The notes beneath the pieces were generated by a model. It ran no database searches, was not told where the DNA came from, and saw nothing but the letters and a program-made list of their open reading frames with translations. A stretch of 64,000 nt of DNA from positions 50,964,001 through 51,028,000 of the forward strand of contig OZ024744.1 in NCBI GenBank assembly GCA_964016885.1, read 5' to 3'. This DNA comes from Eledone cirrhosa (Eukaryota). Below are positions 55,558 to 64,000 of the stretch, piece after piece. The first letter of the stretch is position 1, and each line of letters begins with the position of its first letter. The position numbers and the translations under genes were made by a program.

Positions 55558-56420
55558 TGGGATTCTTTTCTTTGTTTCTGTGCCTCTCCTTTGTTCTGTC
55601 CTACACCATTTTGTTTCTGTGTGTGTGTTGTGTGTTCAGTCTGCGCATGCGCCACATCCGGGTGTCTGTGTGTGTTTATGTTCATTTATTTATTTGTTTA
55701 TTTACATGTTACTGGTTGGTTGTTTGTTCTATGTGTGTGTGTGTTTTCATTTTGTCCTTAATTGTAAGTTGTGATGTTACCAGAGTGTAATGTTCATCGA
55801 TACAACCCCTAGAGGGGAATTAGCTTACAAATTTAGAAGGGCCCTAAACAAACATAAACTCAATATTAAGATAGTAGAAAGACCAGGTACCTCCATAAAA
55901 ACACTTATTAGCAAGACATACCCTTTTCAAAGACCCCCATGTATAGATAAGAAATGTATAACCTGTAAAATAAGCCCCCATATTAACTGCAAAACTAGAA
56001 ATGTAGTGTATAGCATAAGATGTACTGAAGGACAATGTAGAGACAAAAATATAGTGTACATAGGTGAGACAGCTCGTAGTGTAGGAGAACGGATAAATGA
56101 ACACTGGCGAGACCTTCAAGATAGTAAAGAATCATCTGTACTCTACCAACATGCTAAAATAGGACACAAGGGTAAATTAGAGAACATAGAAATAAAAATA
56201 GAATCTACACACAGAAAAGACGCAATGTTTAGACAAATTACAGAGGCAATAAACATAAAAGAATTACAACCAAAATTAAATAGAAAATATGAGTGGAACA
56301 GCAACATCGCAACTTACAATTAAGGACAAAATGAAAAAACACACACACACATAGAACAAACAACCAACCAGTAACATGTAAATAAACAAATAAATAAATG
56401 AACATAAACACACACAGACA

Positions 56421-56480
56421 CCCGGATGTGGCGCATGCGCAGACTGAACACACAACACACACACAGAAATAAAATGGCGT
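56421..56480 (+). promoter_or_regulatory. Putative pLTR promoter: ETS-like, NRF1-like and YY1-like motifs
   Basis: CCGGATGT, GCGCATGCGC and AAAATGGCG clustered just upstream of the hammerhead; repeated at 59591-59650. Confidence 0.45.
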
Positions 56481-56526
56481 AGGACAGAACAAAGGAGAGG
56501 CACAGAAACAAAGAAAGGAATCCCCA

Positions 56527-56569
56527 GTCACTGAAGAGGTCACAGAATGTGTGACGAAAGAACTATGAC
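56527..56569 (+). ncRNA. Hammerhead ribozyme in the pLTR
   Basis: gtca-CTGAAGA-g-gtcaca(gaatg)tgtgac-GAAA-gaac-TA-tgac. Confidence 0.85.
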
Positions 56570-56717
56570 AATATATAAACAACTATCTGGTTGTGGAACC
56601 ATCCAACCAACCAGAAATTTATAAATTTATAAATTTATAAATTTATTATAATAAATTGAAGTGAAAGCAACTGGTGCGTGTGTTTCTTATTGGCAACATG
56701 ACCCTCCCTAAGTATAA

Positions 56718-56828
<111 letters not shown>

Positions 56829-56961
56829 TTATTATTATTAACACTCTGTTTGTAACGGATACCAAAACCATGAATTCAGCATTAACAACTGGAGCTATGA
56901 ACAGTACTAAGTGCTCCAACTGGACGCCAACACTAATAACTGAACGTTGAACGCAAAACAG

Positions 56962-57121
<160 letters not shown>

Positions 57122-57796
57122 CGTTTCTGAATTTGTTTAGCAAGATTCTTTATCTGAAATCGTGTGTTGAAACCGATATTGTTATACTTTGGGAGGGTCA
57201 TGTTGCCAACAAGAAACACACGCACCAGTTGCTTTCACTTCAATTTATTATATATTTATAAATTTATAAATTTACGAATCTACAAACTTATAAATTTCTG
57301 GTTGGTTGGTTGGTTCCACAGAGAAAAATCTGCAAATGGCTTGCGTAAGCTCATGCAGCGCTCACGTAATGGAGAGATAGCATGCTTTCCAACAGACAAG
57401 TCTGGCAGAATGTCGGTTGACAGCCTGCCAAACTACATCCAGGCAATGCAACCCCACATCACTAACACAAGAGAGGTAACACCACAGGGGCATGAGGATA
57501 GAGAAAAAGCCCTCAATGCCCATATGGTGATGTGGACGAATATAATGCAGCCCAACAAAAGGACTGCCAACAACTTCCAGGCCTGGAACAATGACGTGCC
57601 GGCGTTGTATGGGCTTCGAAAAGACCATAAAACGGGCTGTGACCCTGTCGCGGGACCACCAACACGGCCAGTCTGTGGAGCTAACATTGCTAGTAACTAC
57701 AGACTGTCCTACTTCCTCTCCCTGATCATACGCCCCATCATTGAGATGTCCCCAGATGTATGTGACAGCACATAGGACCTCCTCAGCAGAATCGGC

Positions 57797-59479
57797 GTGA
57801 GTAACCGATCTGGGGACCTAACAAACTGCATAATAGGCAGTATGGATGTTGTGTCCCTGTATCCATCTATTGACGTGGATTTTGCTGTGGAGAAATGCGT
57901 AGAAATGATCAGCGAGAGCAAGGTTGAGTTCCGTGGGATTGATACCAGCGAGCTGGGACTTCTACTTAAGCTTACCCATAGTAATAGTTACCTAGACACT
58001 TATGACCTTAGCAACCTGTGCCCTACAAGACCAGCAAGAGGCAGACCACATACCATTACCTCAATGGCCAAGAAAACCCACACAGATAGATGGAACGGGG
58101 GGACCAGAGCCATACGGACACCCGAAAACCACGATGAACTGAAGAAAATGATTGCACATGCGGTAGGGGCCAGCATAAAATTAACCCTTAAGGAACATAT
58201 GTTCAAATTTAATGGTAAAACATATGCCCAAGAGGAAGGAGCAGCCATTGGTGTTAGCATTGCAGGCGACATAGCTAACTTATTCATGGTATGGTGGGAC
58301 AGTAGACTTAAACAAAAACTTAAAGAACAATTAGAAGACAGCTTAACCCTGATAATGTACTCCCGCTACGTAGATGATATAAACATCGTAGTTAAGACAC
58401 CCCCACTAAAGAACAGTCAGGAACTAGAGAAAAACACAATGGAAAGCATCCAGCAAATAGCAAACTCCATCCACCAGAGCATTAGAGTTACTATAGACTA
58501 CCCAAGTAGACACCCCAACCATCGATTACCTGTACTAGACACCATTAACAACCAAAAACAAATCCTCCATTCCCATTATGCCAAACCCATGACTTCCAAA
58601 CATCTGATCCACCGAAACTCGGCCAGTTCGGACCATACCAAAATCAACATACTGATTGCGGATTTGGTTCGGGTGATGAGAAATGTGTCCCGCATGTGCA
58701 ACCCCGAAGAACTAGAGAGACACATACAACACTTCATCCACCGTATGCAGTTCTCTGGCTACAATCAGAGAGATAGAATCAGAGTGTATAGAGGAGCCAG
58801 AACCAAATGGGAAAAAATGGTAAATAATGACATAAATGGGACCTGCCCCTTGTATAGGAGCAAATTTTGGAATAGAATAGAAAGAACTAGGAACAAAGCC
58901 AATAGAATAAACTCATGGTATGATAGCAATAAATACCAGAGTGTAATGTTCATCAATACAACCCCTAGAGGCGAACTAGCCTACAAATTTAGAAGGGCCC
59001 TAAATAAACATAAACTCAATATTAAGATAGTAGAAAGACCAGGTACCTCCGTAAAAACACTTATTAGCAAGATATACCCGTTCCAAAGACCCTCATGTAT
59101 AGATAAGAAATGTATAACCTGTAAAATAAGCCCCCATATTAACTGTAAAACTAGAAATGTAGTGTATAGCATAAGATGTACTGAAGGACAATGTAGAAAC
59201 AAAAATATAGTGTACATAGGTGAGACAGCTCGTAGTATAGGGGAACGAATAAATGAACACTGGCGAGACCTTCAAGATAGTAAAGAATCATCTGTGCTCT
59301 ACCAACATGCTAAGATAGAACACAAGGGTAAATTAGAGAACATAGAAATAAAAATAGAATCCACACACAGAAAAGATGCAATGTTTAGGCAAATTGCAGA
59401 GGCAGTAAGCATAAAAGAATTACAACCAAAATTAAATAGAAAATATGAGTGGAACAGCAACATCACAACTTACAATTAA
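57797..59479 (+). CDS. PLE reverse transcriptase plus GIY-YIG endonuclease (N-terminally interrupted)
   Basis: SMDVVSLYPSI, QEEGAAIG, YSRYVDD, VVYSIRC..YIGET..RINEH..E..LN; same frame as upstream 57164-57775. Confidence 0.88.
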   Translation: MSNRSGDLTNCIIGSMDVVSLYPSIDVDFAVEKCVEMISESKVEFRGIDTSELGLLLKLTHSNSYLDTYDLSNLCPTRPARGRPHTITSMAKKTHTDRWNGGTRAIRTPENHDELKKMIAHAVGASIKLTLKEHMFKFNGKTYAQEEGAAIGVSIAGDIANLFMVWWDSRLKQKLKEQLEDSLTLIMYSRYVDDINIVVKTPPLKNSQELEKNTMESIQQIANSIHQSIRVTIDYPSRHPNHRLPVLDTINNQKQILHSHYAKPMTSKHLIHRNSASSDHTKINILIADLVRVMRNVSRMCNPEELERHIQHFIHRMQFSGYNQRDRIRVYRGARTKWEKMVNNDINGTCPLYRSKFWNRIERTRNKANRINSWYDSNKYQSVMFINTTPRGELAYKFRRALNKHKLNIKIVERPGTSVKTLISKIYPFQRPSCIDKKCITCKISPHINCKTRNVVYSIRCTEGQCRNKNIVYIGETARSIGERINEHWRDLQDSKESSVLYQHAKIEHKGKLENIEIKIESTHRKDAMFRQIAEAVSIKELQPKLNRKYEWNSNITTYN

Positions 59480-59695
59480 GGACAAAATGAAAACACACAC
59501 ACACATAGAACAAACAACCAACCAACAACATGTAAATAAATAAATAAATAAATAAACAAATAGATAAATGAACACAAACACACACAGACACCCGGATGTG
59601 GCGCATGCGCAAACTGAGCACACAACACACACACAGAAACAAAATGGCGTAGGACAGAAGAAAGGAAAGGCACAGAAACAAAGAAAGGAATCCCC

Positions 59696-59740
59696 AGTCA
59701 CTGAAGAGGTCACAGAGTATGTGACGAAAGGACTATGACT
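59696..59740 (+). ncRNA. Hammerhead ribozyme in the pLTR
   Basis: agtca-CTGAAGA-g-gtcaca(gagta)tgtgac-GAAA-ggac-TA-tgact. Confidence 0.87.
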
Positions 59741-59898
59741 ATATATAAACAACTATCTGGTTGTGGAACCAACCAACCAACCAGAAATTTATAAGTTTGT
59801 AGATTTGTAAATTTATAAATTTATAAATATATAATAAATTGAAGTGAAAGCAACTGGTGCGTGTGTTTCTTATTGGCAACATGACCCTCCCAAAGTAT

Positions 59899-60083
<185 letters not shown>

Positions 60084-60391
60084 GCGAAACGTGTTTGGGT
60101 TTCGAGGTTCAAATTCGTCTACGGAACAGGTTTGGATTTTGAAATTTTAATATGTCCAGGAACCATGGCCATTGCCAATATAAGCTTGTCTTTATTGACT
60201 TATATCGAGGCAGACAAATTGTATTCATTTTAATTAGTTTATTTCATTAATAGCTAACTTTGTCTGTTGCAATGCAAACACGTTTTGTGTTTATCATATA
60301 TTTTAATGTATTTAACTGCTCGGAAATATCCCTTTTCTTGGAGCTGGATTATTGTAAACGACTGAGAGTTTATTCTCAAAATATAATATAG

Positions 60392-60444
<53 letters not shown>

Positions 60445-60533
60445 TTGTGATTTTTTTCTTTTTCTGATATAGATTGAGTGAGAGCGGGATATCGATAGGT
60501 AGAGAGGTAGATAGATAGATAGATAGACATATA

Positions 60534-60565
<32 letters not shown>

Positions 60566-61110
60566 TTAAAAGAATAGAGGTGTAACACACAAGTTATGAT
60601 ATATTGGTAAACGGAATAGAAAATGCTGACAAATTGTTCACAGTGAAAAATAGTTTAATTCGGAATAAGTAAAAATTAGTAATAGTATTGGTTAGTATTC
60701 AGTTTTGGTTTTAAGTTTTTACCGGTTGCACATTTCTAATGCTTTCCAAAAATTATTTTGAGATAGAGCGTCCGTGATGTTAGCTCTAATCTGATTAGTT
60801 TTGGGAATTCTACTTGTTTTTATGTTAAAAAAGTGGCTCCAGCGGTATTAAAATAAGTTTTGCGCCAATTCGTGTTGCAAAAATTCTTGTGGTCAAAACA
60901 ATTTTGATTGGTCGGTAGAGGTCATGTGAATGTAAAAAATTGATTTTGTGCCAAATGTAGGTTTGTGTCGGCTGACTGAGAAATAAGTCTTTCACAACAA
61001 ATATGTGTGTGTGTGTGTAGTAGTAGTAGTAAAGAGGTTCGTTGTGATAATGGTCAGCAGGGATGTGTGTGCGAACCGCAGCCTGTTGACAGTTCAAATG
61101 CCTATTAAGA

Positions 61111-61167
<57 letters not shown>

Positions 61168-61274
61168 CAGAGTAATTCGTGGTAGAGGGATGGTCAGTAG
61201 GAATGTGTCTGTAAGTGTGTGGGGGATATTTTAACATGTTAAAAGATATTTTTCAGCTCTTGTCTTATACGGAG

Positions 61275-61361
<87 letters not shown>

Positions 61362-61599
61362 TCTTTGTATGTTAATGTACGCGTGTGTATGTGTGTGTGT
61401 ATATATATATGTGTGTGTGTGTGTGTGTGAGAACGTGTGTGTGTGGGTGGACCAGTATTTTTTTCTGGTAGAATGGTGTACATTATTCGATATTTTCAGT
61501 AAAATCGATTATCTCAATAGAACATCAAAAACCTTAATAATAAAAGGTGTGAAATGATATATAGTATTGGCACAATACCAAGGTGTGTGTGAGTGTGTG

Positions 61600-61870
61600 T
61601 GTGTGTCCAGATTGTACGTACTGCAAGGGGGATCCATTAGGCCTTGCCGTATTGGAATACCTGTGCACAAATAAGTATCTGGAGTGTGTCCAGAAATTGT
61701 AAACCTATGCACAAATTGTATACTTGTGCACAAATTGTACACATGTATCTGGAGTGTGTCCAGAAATTGTATACCTGTGTACAAATATGTATCTGGAGTG
61801 TGTCCAGATTGTATGTACTGCAAGGGGAATTCATTAGGCTTTGCCGTATTGGAATACCTGTGCACATCAG
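61600..61870. repeat. Nested tandem/direct repeats
   Basis: About 65-bp block at 61602-61668 and 61800-61866; gtatctggagtgtgtccaga occurs three times. Confidence 0.85.
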
Positions 61871-62071
61871 TGTGCAATGCATGTGTGCGTTTATGTATGT
61901 GTGTGTGTCGGCACGTTTATATCTATAGACATCAAAATGTATGCAAATTTGTGTATATTTGTGTTGCACCATAGAACATGTGTGTTTACGTATGTCATTG
62001 TGTTTATATGTGGGTAGAGATGTGTGCTGAGGTAGGTATGTATGTTGACGTGTGTATGTTGTGGGTTCGTC

Positions 62072-63460
62072 TTAGGGAGAAGTGTTTAGACGGGGTCCGT
62101 ATTTGTTAATAAAGTAAGATTCCTTGCTGATGCGCTGGGTGTGGGTGGCATTATCTTTAAATTTATAGAGGGGAAAGATTCTGAAGTTGGGATGATTTTG
62201 GGCGGCACAGGTATCAATGTGTTCACTCAGTGGTATTTTCCTGTATTCCCGTATTTTAATTTGGGATCTATGGACAGTCATGCGTTGGCGGAGGCTGCTT
62301 TTGGTCTGGCCTATGTATTGTTCTCGACAGCCTGAGCAAGTTAATACATATATTAGATTTTCTGATGCGCATGTGAAATTGTGTTTTACTATAAAACGTT
62401 GTCCTTCTTTGAAATAGAATTCCGAACTCTCTATTAGGTTGATGCAAATGCCACAGTTGGGTCTATCGCATTTTTTTTACTGTGGGTTTCGTTGTTATGG
62501 TTGGCAGTACTTTGGCATGTGTTAGGATGTTTTTCATTGACTTAGATTGTCTTTTGCTCTTTATGATATCGTGTGTTCGTCGGATTTGGTTCATTCTATG
62601 GTCCTTTTTCAACACAGGGATGTTCTGGAGGATGGTGTCAAAGGCCTCATTGTTGAGGGGGTTGTGTGTGGAGATGTATGGAAGAGCTTTTAGTTTCCGT
62701 TGATTTACTTTAGGGTGTCTAATGTCCTGGGTACTGAGTTTTAGGGCACGTTGGATTCCATTGTCAATTAGTGATGCAGGATAGTCCCTGCCTATGAGTG
62801 TGTCCTTTAGTTCTTGTAGCCGTAAGTAGCAGGTGTTTTTATTGGAGACTATAGTACAGATTCTCTTGGCTAAGTTGTAGGGAATATTAATTTTAACGTG
62901 TCTAGGGTGGCAAGAGTTGAAAGGAAGATATTGCTTGGAGTCTGTGGGCTTGTAGTATATGTCTGTTTCTATTTTTTTGTTATGGATCTTAATGAGGATG
63001 TCGAGGAAGGGGAGTTGTTGATGGCTGTATTCCATCGTGAAGTTAATATTCGTGTTGAGCCCATTTATGAGGGTGTGAAATTCTTTAAGTTTCTCGATGT
63101 TTTCGTGCCAAAGGATGAAGCAGTCATCTAGATATCGCTTCCAGTTCCTTTCTATGTGTAAGTGGAGAATGTCTCCAAATTTGTTTAGGACTTTAGTGTA
63201 GAGGGTGATTTCCAGGTATCCCATGACTAGGTTGGCATAAGTGGGCTGTTTTCGTTCCCATAGCGGTCCCAGATTTCTGCCTGTAGGGTTTGTTATTGAA
63301 AACGAAGTAATTGTTCTCAAAGATAAATTTGAGTCCCTCTATCACGAATTCTTTTTTGATGCGTTGTGGGAGTTCATTGTGGTAATTATCCAGCCAGAAT
63401 TGGATAGCTTCTATTCCTAGGTTGTGGGGGATGTTGGAGTATAGGTTGACTACATCGAGC
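62072..63460 (-). mobile_element. Second Penelope-like family, 5'-truncated and frameshifted RT plus GIY-YIG
   Basis: DVVNLYSNIP, YANLVMG, WKRYLDD, LPFLDI, YYKPTD, CGIC, LIYVLTC..YIGQT..RMTVH..KESYFI..LN. Confidence 0.9.
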
Positions 63461-63503
63461 TATATATAGGTTGACTACATTGACTACATCGAACTATATA
63501 TAT

Positions 63504-63609
63504 ATAGGAAAAAGTATGACCCCGACGGCAGAGCTCAAGCCGTTTCGACGGCTATTTCTGGACGTCGAAACGGCTTGAGCTCTGCCGTCGGGGTCATACT
63601 TTTTCCTAT
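63504..63609. repeat. Perfect 47-bp inverted repeat with a 12-nt loop
   Basis: 63504-63550 is the exact reverse complement of 63563-63609. Confidence 0.95.
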
Positions 63610-63683
63610 TTCCCACTCTACTACCCTAAGTATTGAGTACTCTGGTGCGTTATGGTTCACCTGGTTCCTTACCACAATTCCTT

Positions 63684-63751
<68 letters not shown>

Positions 63752-63774
63752 GGTGTGTGTTAGATAGATAGATA

Positions 63775-63905
63775 TATTTCTTTATTTGCCACAAGGACGC
63801 ACGAGAAAAGAAGACAATACAAAGACACATGTCGGGGATATTACATACAGTCCTGTAAAAATATTAAAACAAACAAATTTAACAATCCCCAATAGGAGGG
63901 GAGGG
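63775..63905 (-). mobile_element. Tx1 3'UTR fragment ending in (TATC)n
   Basis: Reverse complement: cctattgggg..gtccttgtggcaaataaagaaatatatctatctatc. Confidence 0.82.
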
Positions 63906-64000
63906 GTTAGATAGAGGGGGAGTATGAATACGGAAGATACAAATAGAGTGAGTGAGAGACAAAGAGAGTGAAAAAAAGAAAAAGAGAAAAGCAAAGTCAG

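Overview
Eukaryotic, gene-poor window made almost entirely of retroelements and microsatellites. The SINE families resemble those I recall from octopus/coleoid cephalopods (inference, not verified). No host protein-coding gene could be supported. The main structure is a set of microsatellite-associated non-LTR retrotransposons. (i) Tx1-clade LINEs (APE endonuclease, two ORFs) sit in (TATC)n/(GATA)n tracts with fixed orientation and form head-to-tail arrays at 6.1-17.1 kb and 46.6-54.8 kb. (ii) Sister Tx1 families are bounded by (ATT)n at 19.7, 32-43 kb. (iii) R4/Dong-clade LINEs (RLE endonuclease) sit in the same (ATT/TAA)n tracts in the opposite orientation at 17-22.5, 28-31.6 and 43.2-43.7 kb. 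(iv) Penelope-like elements (RT plus GIY-YIG) have hammerhead-ribozyme pseudo-LTRs next to (TA)n. (v) A CRE-clade element with a PHD finger lies at the left edge. Also present: two tRNA-derived SINE families (one copy strongly T>C biased), three MITEs, stand-alone hammerhead motifs and fold-back inversions centred on (TA)n. No fully intact autonomous copy is present. Element boundaries are read by eye and approximate.
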